From the NCBI GenBank assembly GCA_964507455.1, contig CAZDPY010000001.1, forward strand, positions 280,855-344,854: DNA of 64,000 nucleotides, in the 5' to 3' direction. The notes under the pieces are model-generated. The model was not told the origin of the DNA, did no database searches, and saw nothing but the letters and a program-made list of their open reading frames with translations. Each line of letters begins with the position of its first letter. Within the stretch, counting starts at the first letter, position 1. Made by a program: the position numbers and the translations under genes. Shown here piece after piece: positions 55,826-64,000 of the stretch. Origin of the DNA: an uncultured Ignavibacteriaceae bacterium. Lineage in GTDB: Bacteria; Zixibacteria; MSB-5A5; GN15; PGXB01.

Positions 55826-56069
55826 AAACCTCTTGTTTTAATTGATTAAATAAATCAAGGAAAAGAATCTCAACTGGACATTGAATCGCCAGGGCAAGGC
55901 GCAGGCTATTTTCCAAAGAAGGAAGTTTCCTGCCCTTTTCCCAATGTGAGATATGTGCTACACTGGATTGGCCGATCAATTTGGCAACATCCCGCAACCG
56001 GAGGCATCGTTCTTGACGACGATACCTCCGGATTTGATTTGGGAATGATTTCTGGCGGGATTTGGACAT
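55749..56069 (-). CDS. XRE/cI-type HTH repressor
   Basis: 106 aa. IRRYRRQERCLRLRDVAKLIGQSSVAHISHWEKGRKLPSLENSLRLALAIQCPVEILF. Confidence 0.85.
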   Translation of the reverse strand: MSKSRQKSFPNQIRRYRRQERCLRLRDVAKLIGQSSVAHISHWEKGRKLPSLENSLRLALAIQCPVEILFLDLFNQLKQEVYEAKAQNNIVFEYKYYPEDRTNPGH

Positions 56070-56092
56070 TTTTGTTTTTGCTATGTCTTAGA

Positions 56093-56110
56093 AGCCTACT
56101 CAAGTAGGCT
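56093..56110. promoter_or_regulatory. 18-bp dyad operator in the divergent XRE / Rep-like intergenic region
   Basis: AGCCTACT-CA-AGTAGGCT. Followed by the direct repeat GTGCAATT at 56116-56123 and 56132-56139. Confidence 0.55.
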
Positions 56111-56175
56111 AGATCGTGCAATTGCCTGAAAGTGCAATTTTGGCATTATCTGTAGACAAATCAGATAAAGCCAAT

Positions 56176-56227
56176 AACTCTATCATATCCACGAAACCTG
56201 TCAAGGTTCTAACGTGGTGATAGAGTT
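56176..56227. promoter_or_regulatory. long inverted repeat immediately upstream of the Rep-like gene
   Basis: AACTCTATCA-tat-CCACG-(19 nt)-CGTGG-TGATAGAGTT. Confidence 0.5.
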
Positions 56228-56244
56228 GACTGCTTCTTCAGAGT

Positions 56245-56985
56245 ATGGTATGCTATAACCATCTCATTCTTAATCATAAAAATATGCGGGATGAAAACGG
56301 GAAATTTCTTGGCTTTTATTCGCCAAGATATACACAGGTTCCCGATGAACTCTTTGACGAGCTCCTGGCGGAGCTATCCGGCTCGGAAACAAAGGTTCTG
56401 CTATATGTTGTCCGGCGGACTTTCGGTTTTAAGCGTGATTCTGACCATATAAGTTTATCTCAAATGGTGAATGGAATAACCAAAAAAGACGGCACCATTC
56501 TGGACAAAGGCACCGGTCTTCATAAAGATTCAGTTATAAAGGCTATAAAATCCCTTGTTGATAAGGGTATTTTACTTCGCAAAAGGAAGACCTCTGATCA
56601 GCATGGTTATACCGCGACCGAATATGCTCTGAATATCCGCAATAATACCTTGTCGGATAATCCGACAAGGGGGCATGTCCTAAAAAACCGACAAGCCTTA
56701 CCCGAAAAATCCGACCGACAAGAAGACAGTAGACAAAATACAGATATAACGTTTAGTAAAACTGTGGATAACTCAAAGGCTTTACAGAATAAGGAGCTTT
56801 TGAGTCAGATTATCATGACCTGTCGCGATCTAGATTCAATTAATTACTACAAAAAGGTCGTCAGGGAAGTTCCTAAATTCAAAATCCTCAGCGCCCTCAG
56901 CCAGGTAAAAGAAGCCCAAACCTTAGGCCGTGTGCGAAAAAATGCAGGAGCTATGTTTACGGATATTATTAGACGAGTTATTTAA
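56245..56985 (+). CDS. putative replication initiator / replisome-organiser-like wHTH protein
   Basis: 246 aa. YTQVPDELFDELLAELSGSETKVLLYVVRRTFGFKRDSDHISLSQMVNGI...TGLHKDSVIKAIKSLVDKGIL is the pattern of phage/plasmid Rep-organiser N-domains (recognised by eye). An alternative start lies at 56284. Confidence 0.6.
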   Translation: MVCYNHLILNHKNMRDENGKFLGFYSPRYTQVPDELFDELLAELSGSETKVLLYVVRRTFGFKRDSDHISLSQMVNGITKKDGTILDKGTGLHKDSVIKAIKSLVDKGILLRKRKTSDQHGYTATEYALNIRNNTLSDNPTRGHVLKNRQALPEKSDRQEDSRQNTDITFSKTVDNSKALQNKELLSQIIMTCRDLDSINYYKKVVREVPKFKILSALSQVKEAQTLGRVRKNAGAMFTDIIRRVI

Positions 56986-59105
56986 AGACAGGAAACAGAA
57001 TCTTTTATTATCTCTTTTTCAAAATCGGTCAAGTCCAGATTTTCAACCGCCAATACCTTAAGCTTAGCCAGTGTCTTATCTAGGTTGCCATCTTCAGATA
57101 TTACACTTTCGATTTTACGAGCGATTTCTAGCGGAATTCCATATTCGTCTATGGCAATGATTGCAGGGTCCAAAAATAGATTCTCAATTAAAACTCCAAA
57201 AGACTCATAGTTACCAGTCGGTAATTCGTATCGTTTGAAAATGTCCCTTTGTATAATGTCAACCACGCGCAATAGTCTAGGAAAATGAAAAGTAGCCCAG
57301 AGACGTAGGAAATCCAAGGTTTGTTGAACGGCTTCATCTGGGTCTTTTTCCCATTTAAGTTTATCAATAATTAGATCTTTTGCAGATGGTTTCCTAGACA
57401 ACTTACTAACAAGAAACGCCAACTGCTTTGCTGTTCTAACACTTCCACCACCGAGTCTATGTCCTCCAAAATGATTCCAAATTACGAAACACATGAATTC
57501 TAGTTGTTTATAGTTTGGAATATTCGTCCAGTAGAGATTCTTATGGTAATATTCTATCCGTTGATGTATTTCAGCTGCAAGTTCTAACTGTATATCAGGG
57601 TCAATTCCAGAGTTTTTGCGAAGAACTTCATAACTTAGAATGTCTTGCTCAGAGTATTTTTTAACTCGCTCCTTGGCCTGCGGCTCCAAATCTTCATCAT
57701 CTAGTTGAATTAACAAACTGGTTGGTGTGTCCGTACTTTGAGTATATGCAGGAACATCTACAAACGGCAATTCATATTGCGGAGGTGACTTAAAAATATA
57801 TACATGTCCAATAAAATGCTGCATCATTCTACCAGACCGTCCACGAATGTTATTAAAAGTGAAAAAGTCAATGGGATTTCGGTTGATCTCATTATCCAGA
57901 ATCACCATGTTTCTGGCTTTTGTATTAACACCTTCTATCAAAGTAGAAGTACAAACCATAAACTTTAACTCACCAGAGTTAAATTGTCTGACAGCAAATT
58001 GCGCTAGAGAGCGCGGTATGCGGCCATGATGAACACCAATTCCTTGTCTTATAGCATGGGCAAAATGCCAATCAGGGTGATAATTATAGCATATCCAATC
58101 TGCAGCTGGCTTAAGTCTCGCTGACTCTTTACCAATCCCTGCTTCGATAAGAGCTTTAGCTATATCGGATGCGCGTTTTGGTGATCGACAAAAAATACTA
58201 GTTGAATCATCGAAAGTTTTACATAAATCAATTAGAGTTTTTACATCTTCTTCACCGGCAGAAACATCGTGTACTTCTGATATTACTGTCTGGTAAGGAT
58301 CTAGTATAAACTTACAATCAACGCGCTCTTGGAATTCCTGGGGTAGCCCAAATATGCTTGGACCCAGCATATAAAATCTTTTTGAAAGTTTATGCAGCTT
58401 GTAGAATGCCTGATTTAATAGTGCTGCACGCTCATTATCATCCCTAGTAGGGTCTAGTTTATAGAATTCGTCAATCACGAAAAAATCAACTTGTGCTAAC
58501 GTATCAAATTCTATTACCCTCTCCTGTGTCAATACAAAGATATTCCTATTAGCAGGCCCCTGTGAAGTATGTGTTATAACCTTAAATCTATCACGAAATC
58601 TGCGTGACAAACGTCTTCTAGTCTCATCAATAAGCGCAATAGTCGGTACAACAATTACAACGTTATCAAATAATCCGGAGGCTATAATGGCGTCGATTAT
58701 CAGGCTCTTGCCATAACTTGTAGGTGCACTGAGAGCGATATTTTCTCCCTCTAAAATTCTTCTATATATTTCACCTTGTGCAGCATGAAATACAAACTCG
58801 TCTTCAAGGTTGATTGGTTTGTGATATTCAAAGGCCATTTGGTCACGCAATGAAAGCTCAGATTGTTCTAGATATGGATACAATCCCGCCCTTCTAGTAA
58901 TTGAATTCAAAAGATCTGCATATTGCTCAAAGCACGACTTGGCATCTAGGGCTCTTAGAACATACTCTTGGAAAACCTCCTGCAAATCCGGATCAGCTCC
59001 AAGCCTAGAGATGCTACTCAGGATAGAAAAACTATTCTCACTAAGTGTTGTTCTTTCTGAGAAAGAATTCTTTAAGTAAGTAATTAGTTCGCTATGATTT
59101 GACAT
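56982..59105 (-). CDS. hamB: Hachiman HamB, SF2 DEAD/DEAH-box helicase
   Basis: 707 aa. Motif I SAPTSYGKS, motif II FFVIDEFYKL, TSTLIEGVN, motif VI NIRGRSGR. Immediately downstream of and overlapping a DUF1837 gene. Confidence 0.85.
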   Translation of the reverse strand: MSNHSELITYLKNSFSERTTLSENSFSILSSISRLGADPDLQEVFQEYVLRALDAKSCFEQYADLLNSITRRAGLYPYLEQSELSLRDQMAFEYHKPINLEDEFVFHAAQGEIYRRILEGENIALSAPTSYGKSLIIDAIIASGLFDNVVIVVPTIALIDETRRRLSRRFRDRFKVITHTSQGPANRNIFVLTQERVIEFDTLAQVDFFVIDEFYKLDPTRDDNERAALLNQAFYKLHKLSKRFYMLGPSIFGLPQEFQERVDCKFILDPYQTVISEVHDVSAGEEDVKTLIDLCKTFDDSTSIFCRSPKRASDIAKALIEAGIGKESARLKPAADWICYNYHPDWHFAHAIRQGIGVHHGRIPRSLAQFAVRQFNSGELKFMVCTSTLIEGVNTKARNMVILDNEINRNPIDFFTFNNIRGRSGRMMQHFIGHVYIFKSPPQYELPFVDVPAYTQSTDTPTSLLIQLDDEDLEPQAKERVKKYSEQDILSYEVLRKNSGIDPDIQLELAAEIHQRIEYYHKNLYWTNIPNYKQLEFMCFVIWNHFGGHRLGGGSVRTAKQLAFLVSKLSRKPSAKDLIIDKLKWEKDPDEAVQQTLDFLRLWATFHFPRLLRVVDIIQRDIFKRYELPTGNYESFGVLIENLFLDPAIIAIDEYGIPLEIARKIESVISEDGNLDKTLAKLKVLAVENLDLTDFEKEIIKDSVSCL

Positions 59106-59950
59106 GCCTTCAATCTCTCATCAAAAGCTTCAACAAGTTTTTGTTTATCTTTAAGTGGAAGTAACAATAAGTGTATTACAATATCTGAGGGCAGATCCTT
59201 TTCGCAAAAAACAGAATGGTTATTTACCAATTCTCTTTTTATCTCATTCAAGAATTCCTCTGACACAGAATCATAGGACGAAATTGTCTCGCTTTCGTAG
59301 GTCAAAAATACAGGAAAACATAGAGAGTCAAAAATCTCATCCAAAGATCTGTTTCGGTCGATTAATTTCTTCAATTCAACTGAAAAAGGCCATGCAGGGT
59401 CTATCTTATTTTGAATCGCGGTAAATTCTGATCTAAGATAGTTATTGTCTGTATGCTCGACCAATTCGCCAACTACGGCATTTATGGCAGAATTGATATC
59501 TTTATAGAACTTTGATTCACCCAACCAGAGATTAAGTGTAGAATCGCTTTTAACTACATGGACTGCATCAAAACCTTTCACCGTATCATTTGCCGAGTCC
59601 TTAAAATATATTTTTGATATTGCAGGTAAGGAGCCATATTCTTGACGTATTATTGCATGTAGGAGTATTTCCCCTATTTCTCCTCGTTTTTTTAAATCTC
59701 TAGACGCATAAATTGCACGGGCCGCCTTTGCTGCCAATGCTATTAAGTTATCGGAACCAATCCCCACTCTCTCTCGCTCAGTCAATGCGTATTCTGGTAA
59801 CCATTCCATTAAATGACCGGCCAATTGCTCACAGCGCCATTCACATGATTCATAACCAGCACAAAGTCCAAGAAGGCTTGGTAATGGCTCTGCAATATTT
59901 ACTCGAACTTCAAGGAATTTTGCTGGCGTCCTAATAATAAATTGTGCCAT
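59084..59950 (-). CDS. hamA: Hachiman HamA (DUF1837, PD-(D/E)xK-like effector)
   Basis: 288 aa. KKRGEIGEILLHAIIRQ...KGFDAVHVV...LWLGESKFYKD is the hallmark DUF1837 core. Confidence 0.8.
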   Translation of the reverse strand: MAQFIIRTPAKFLEVRVNIAEPLPSLLGLCAGYESCEWRCEQLAGHLMEWLPEYALTERERVGIGSDNLIALAAKAARAIYASRDLKKRGEIGEILLHAIIRQEYGSLPAISKIYFKDSANDTVKGFDAVHVVKSDSTLNLWLGESKFYKDINSAINAVVGELVEHTDNNYLRSEFTAIQNKIDPAWPFSVELKKLIDRNRSLDEIFDSLCFPVFLTYESETISSYDSVSEEFLNEIKRELVNNHSVFCEKDLPSDIVIHLLLLPLKDKQKLVEAFDERLKACQIIAN

Positions 59951-59976
59951 TCTATTTGCCTATTTTCTTAATTCGT

Positions 59977-60306
59977 CTAGTCTTTTCCATTTACCCTTAT
60001 AGTCCATTTTTTAGACTCCTGACTTTGATTAAGTATCCCTTCACTCTCCAGCAACCCCAGAATTGTCCTTGATATATGACCCTCATGACCAACGTGCCCG
60101 GCATAAATGCCTAATTTTCTGCCGATTTCGGCATTGGTGTACCCCTCTTTTGGGCCATTTGATATCAAAAAATAAACCGCCGTCTTTAAGTCTACCATCG
60201 CTTTTTGAGCCAAGCGATAGGCTACAATTTCATCAGGCAGTTTGACTTCGATTGAATCGTTCCAACTGCTGGAAGCCTTTGAGTACTCTTGACGTTCGTT
60301 ATTCAA
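59977..60306 (-). CDS. small winged-helix-like protein
   Basis: 109 aa. ...GYTNAEIGRKLGIYAGHVGHEGHISRTILGLLESEGIL. Sits between the Vsr and hamA genes. Confidence 0.5.
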   Translation of the reverse strand: MNNERQEYSKASSSWNDSIEVKLPDEIVAYRLAQKAMVDLKTAVYFLISNGPKEGYTNAEIGRKLGIYAGHVGHEGHISRTILGLLESEGILNQSQESKKWTIRVNGKD

Positions 60307-60320
60307 CTTATTACCTCAGA

Positions 60321-60731
60321 TTAATGTTGTTTTAACTTTCTTAATATTTTCTGCTCTAATTTACTTACCGTTTCGAGTTCACATTCCCAAATAACAAATA
60401 CTGACCAGCCCAGATCACTCAACTTTTTTGCCACTACTTCATGCCGCCGGACATTGTCTCTGAATTTTTTATTCCAAAAAGCTTTATTTGATTTCGGAGT
60501 ATATGCGTACTTACATCCGGCGTGTCTGTGCCAATAGCAGCCGTGTACAAAAATCACAGTTTTATATTTTGGCAGGACAATGTCTGGTTTGCCTGGAAGA
60601 TCTGATACATGTAGTCTAAATCTATATCCAAGACTATGAAGTAATGAACGCACAACTTTTTCCGGTTTGGTATCCTTGGACTTTATTCGTGACATGTTCC
60701 AGCTGCGGCGTTCTTTTGAAATCTTGTCCAT
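60321..60731 (-). CDS. vsr: very-short-patch repair endonuclease
   Basis: 136 aa. MSRIKSKDTKPEKVVRSLLHSLGYRFRLH..LPGKPDIVLPKYKTVIFVHGCYWHRH. Confidence 0.92.
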   Translation of the reverse strand: MDKISKERRSWNMSRIKSKDTKPEKVVRSLLHSLGYRFRLHVSDLPGKPDIVLPKYKTVIFVHGCYWHRHAGCKYAYTPKSNKAFWNKKFRDNVRRHEVVAKKLSDLGWSVFVIWECELETVSKLEQKILRKLKQH

Positions 60732-60746
60732 AATCCAAATTTCAAC

Positions 60747-62309
60747 CTATGTCATTTCCGAGTCTTCAATTAGTTTTCTTACTATTCCTGCAATCTCTCT
60801 GGCCAGCAAAGGGGGAACGGCATTTCCCACCTGTTGGTATTGCGAAGTCTGTGGTCCTTCAAAGAAGTAATTATCCGGGAAAGTCTGGATCCTGGCTGCT
60901 TCACGCACGGTCAGGCTCCTGCATTGAACAGGATCGGGATGTATGTAATAATGGCCATCCTTTGCAATATGTGATGTTATCGTAGTTGCCGGACGAGTTT
61001 TTACCTGAACTCGGAACCTGTCCGAAAACAGCCCGCCATTATCTTTTAGAGCCTGCTCAACATTGGAGTGCCCCGGCAATAGTGAAGACGGAAAATCCCT
61101 CAAAGTAGGGGACTTGCGATAAACTGAGGCAAAACAGGCTGCGTAGAAATACCTGTGCAGATCAGCGGCCATATGGCTCTTTGCTCTGTGATTACAGACA
61201 CCTTGTATTCTTTTATCGGTGTACCAGCTTTGGGAATAGCCTGATTTAGTTTTTGATTTTACGAACTGTCCGCCCGTGTTCATTTTTGGCCTGATTTTCT
61301 GTCCGGCTGTTATTACTTTTTCAATTAGAGCATTTTCTGCATCAGGGGCATATTGATTAATATTATCAATAAAAATCTTCAAAGAATCTGCCCAGGAACT
61401 GTTTTCTCGATCTCTGTTTGAAAGCTGACTTCGTATTTTGGGTAAAGAATTGATGACTTTCCAGGAACCGAGTGTCTTGGTTCGATTCTTCAAAACTGTG
61501 GGTTTGATTTTTATGTCGCTTCGAACGCCTAATAGAATGACCCGATGTCTTGCTTGCGGAATCCCGTGTTTTTCAGATTTTACAACAAAGCAAGCAGGAT
61601 CGTCCTCCTCCATTTCCACGCCATAGTCAACAACGGGATAAACATTGTATCTTATTTTACCGGTAGCGCCCGATTTTGACAGTGCTATTGAAGGATTCTG
61701 CAGGTCATTCAGGATTTGTTTGAATATGTTGAAACCATTGACCTTACTGCTTAAAAGCCCGCGAACGTTTTCCATAACAAATACCGGTGGCTTATGCACG
61801 CAAAGGATTCTCAGATATTCCTTATATAGAAAATGGCGAGGGTCCTTTTCGAATGTCTCCGGGTCCTTGGAACGCATTCTTGATCTGCCTGCTAATGAAT
61901 ATGCCTGACAGGGGGGACCTCCTATGAGAACCCACACGCTATTACCATTTAATGCCTTAAATATTCGCTTGTCTACCAGACGATTCGGGAATTCGTTTCC
62001 GCCTAATTCTGCGTTCCAGGCGATTTCACTCGCTCTTTGCGATTGAGTTGGAAAAGATTCCCATAGTTTTTCACGTAATATTTCACCTCTTAAATATTGG
62101 AAATATTCTGTGGGGACCTCTTCATATTTGAATTGGTGAAAAAATGCACGCAATTCAAGAGTCTTATGTGCGTTGGCATCCTTTTCAATACTTAAAACAG
62201 TCCCGAATGATACTTTTCCTTTAGTTGCATAAAGCGAGTTGAATCCCTCACAAAGCCCACCGGGACCCGCAAAAACGTCGATAACTGGTATTTTGACAAT
62301 CTCTTTCAT
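60747..62309 (-). CDS. dcm: DNA (cytosine-5)-methyltransferase
   Basis: 520 aa. Motif I DVFAGPGGL, motif IV GGPPCQAYS, motif VI ENV, motif X QQVGNAVPPLLA. Unusually long variable/TRD region. Confidence 0.92.
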   Translation of the reverse strand: MKEIVKIPVIDVFAGPGGLCEGFNSLYATKGKVSFGTVLSIEKDANAHKTLELRAFFHQFKYEEVPTEYFQYLRGEILREKLWESFPTQSQRASEIAWNAELGGNEFPNRLVDKRIFKALNGNSVWVLIGGPPCQAYSLAGRSRMRSKDPETFEKDPRHFLYKEYLRILCVHKPPVFVMENVRGLLSSKVNGFNIFKQILNDLQNPSIALSKSGATGKIRYNVYPVVDYGVEMEEDDPACFVVKSEKHGIPQARHRVILLGVRSDIKIKPTVLKNRTKTLGSWKVINSLPKIRSQLSNRDRENSSWADSLKIFIDNINQYAPDAENALIEKVITAGQKIRPKMNTGGQFVKSKTKSGYSQSWYTDKRIQGVCNHRAKSHMAADLHRYFYAACFASVYRKSPTLRDFPSSLLPGHSNVEQALKDNGGLFSDRFRVQVKTRPATTITSHIAKDGHYYIHPDPVQCRSLTVREAARIQTFPDNYFFEGPQTSQYQQVGNAVPPLLAREIAGIVRKLIEDSEMT

Positions 62310-62318
62310 GTGTCCTTT

Positions 62319-64000
62319 TTAATCAAAATCCGGCTTTACCGGATTGGCCGGGTCAAAACCAAGTCTCTTTGCTTCTTTCATAATTTTCAGCGCCTGAATC
62401 GCCTGTTTCTTAGATGGATCTCGGTCCTTACCTACATATCGTTTACCGATATTGTATGCTAAACTTCTTTGCCAGGGCTGAAGATTTCGAGTCTGTTTTG
62501 CCCAAAGGGATAAGGATAACCACGACTCAGATGGAATGGACATAACTTCACGGATGTTCTTCATATCCTCTTCTGTAATCGTATTTTTATCCAAGTGAAG
62601 TTTCTCTCCTCCACCGGGCCGCATTTCAACGAATTCTTTTTCGAGTTCCGGGCTGATATTGATTTCAACTTCACAGAATTTATCCCAGCATTCCTGCTTT
62701 TTACACCATTCAGTTATATTCGCACCGCCTGGAGGCGATGTAATATGTTCAAAAACGTATTTAGAGACATTAATGATTTCGTTTTGTAATACTTCAGAAA
62801 GTCCCTGTTCCTGCCATATATTCTCCAAGTCAATTCTCATATCTGAGCGTCTTACTATATAGGATAAAGTGTAAGTGACAATATTCGCCCGATAACCTCC
62901 GTATTTTTGTCTTTGAACCAGAAGTTCGGCTCGCCGAAACATTATCGCTTTGGCTATTAGACGGCGGAAATATTCCTCATCCGGCAAATATGACCCATTA
63001 TCTGCAAGTCGGACCATAAATTCCTGGAAGTTCTTTTGAGCTCCTCGGCTTACCAAATGAGGTAACTGAAACCAAGTATTTTCAAACTTTGCAAGATCTG
63101 TTTTTGTGAATTTTTGCCGGCTTGGATGCATTGCCTCAAATGCCCTTTTTCTGGCAGGAGTGCGTTCCCTTGCCTTTTCATTTAAATACTGCCCTCTCGC
63201 TCTCTCATAAAACCATCTTGTCTGTCGCTGTTCACCCCTGACAGCGGGTGCCCATACGGTCCGGGAAAGCTCCTCAAGCCGTCTATGAAACGGATGATTT
63301 GAAGAAAAATCGGCTACGCTAATCTTGTTTTGACTATTTGAATACTGCGATATCTTTGGAACCATATCATCCATTTCCGAAGTACTCGAAACTGCCGTAA
63401 TCTTTCCCACAACTCGGATTTTTGACAGGTCAGCTTTATCTTTTACATGCGCTCCGTAAAGCGATGCTACCGTCTGAGCACCATTTACAATTTGAAAATC
63501 CTTCATACGAATTATGGAACTCCTGCCATTTGATCCGGGTTTCGTTACCGCTTCGTCGGCGACAATACAGATGCCATTGTTGAAAGCCAAAAACATCTCA
63601 GGTTCATTAAGAATTGTCTCTCTTATTCCTTTATTTACTTTCCCTCTAAATTGCAGGAACGTTCGAACGTTTTTCTCCAGTAACCTGGGACCAAATGTTT
63701 CGTATATTTTAACCAGTAAATCACCCGTGAATATGGACAGATAACTCTTGTAGGGCGAGTCCGGTAGCGTAACGTCCATACAATCAAGAGATTCTCCGAA
63801 CAATTCCGTAAAATCAATCTGTATTTCCTCTCGTTCTCGACCCGAAGTCCAAAGCCTATGCAATCTCACCAAGTCCCAAATTTCATATGAGGAGGCAACC
63901 CCATTAATTGCGGGATCGAGTTTTGGATTGTAATCTGTAATACAATCACTCAGAAGTATAAACCTGACTCCAGCAATTGTGTTTTTGAGATCATGAATTT
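62319..64000 (-). CDS. AIPR (abortive-infection phage-resistance) family protein, N-terminus beyond window
   Basis: The track starts at GTG 63872, but the frame stays open to position 64000 (..IHDLKNTIAGVRFILLSDCITDYNPKLDPAINGVASSYEIWDLVRLHRLW..). FLAFNNGICIVADE and IVNGAQTVASLY are AIPR motifs. Confidence 0.8.
   Translation of the reverse strand, partial: IHDLKNTIAGVRFILLSDCITDYNPKLDPAINGVASSYEIWDLVRLHRLWTSGREREEIQIDFTELFGESLDCMDVTLPDSPYKSYLSIFTGDLLVKIYETFGPRLLEKNVRTFLQFRGKVNKGIRETILNEPEMFLAFNNGICIVADEAVTKPGSNGRSSIIRMKDFQIVNGAQTVASLYGAHVKDKADLSKIRVVGKITAVSSTSEMDDMVPKISQYSNSQNKISVADFSSNHPFHRRLEELSRTVWAPAVRGEQRQTRWFYERARGQYLNEKARERTPARKRAFEAMHPSRQKFTKTDLAKFENTWFQLPHLVSRGAQKNFQEFMVRLADNGSYLPDEEYFRRLIAKAIMFRRAELLVQRQKYGGYRANIVTYTLSYIVRRSDMRIDLENIWQEQGLSEVLQNEIINVSKYVFEHITSPPGGANITEWCKKQECWDKFCEVEINISPELEKEFVEMRPGGGEKLHLDKNTITEEDMKNIREVMSIPSESWLSLSLWAKQTRNLQPWQRSLAYNIGKRYVGKDRDPSKKQAIQALKIMKEAKRLGFDPANPVKPDFD

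Larger units (their letters stand above)
40867..64000. mobile_element. composite integrated mobile/defence island (right end beyond window)
   Basis: Composition shifts to AT-rich right after the CPBP gene and the coding strand becomes nearly uniformly minus. It carries tRNA-3'-end-like direct repeats, Xis-type HTH genes, an FtsK/TraD-like ATPase, SSB, Replic_Relax, RuvC-like and Rep-like genes, plus TA, Hachiman and Dcm/Vsr/AIPR cargo. No integrase is visible in the window. Confidence 0.65.

Overview
The window is 64 kb from an uncultivated, moderately AT-rich bacterium. A T9SS-type C-terminal sorting domain, dockerin-like repeats, a sigma-54/NtrC regulator and ECF sigma factors suggest an FCB-superphylum-like lineage, but the taxon is inference only.

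Positions 1-40.6 kb look chromosomal. They carry small regulators, a PPi-type phosphofructokinase, a BlaI/BlaR1-TonB pair with a clear double operator, and a sigma-54 two-component module next to a secreted dockerin/T9SS protein. They also carry a proVWX-type betaine ABC transporter with its own porin, an ATP-grasp plus CocE/NonD pair, an S74-chaperone 'tail-fibre-like' protein, an ECF/anti-sigma cluster, and transglutaminase-like, beta-lactamase-fold and CPBP proteins.

From about 40.87 kb to the window end the sequence becomes visibly AT-richer and almost entirely minus-strand. I read it as a composite integrated mobile/defence island that continues past 64000. It contains:
- two ~166-bp direct repeats bracketing a 4-gene cassette (GIY-YIG, a 416-aa helical protein, and an MNT plus HEPN-like pair);
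- a lone DUF3800 gene and a tRNA-like remnant;
- a second GIY-YIG gene;
- a mobilisation/replication backbone (2 Xis-like HTH proteins, an FtsK/TraD-like ATPase, SSB, a Replic_Relax protein, a RuvC-like resolvase, and a divergent XRE/Rep-like pair);
- Hachiman (hamAB);
- an AIPR-Dcm-Vsr module.

The most unusual feature is a ~465-nt GC-rich non-coding element (54642-55106). It is closed by an 18-bp perfect stem and holds two nested sub-domains and at least 7 hairpins. I cannot assign it to any RNA or origin class.

I saw no rRNA genes, no canonical tRNA genes and no CRISPR arrays. All domain calls come from motif recognition by eye, not from database searches.
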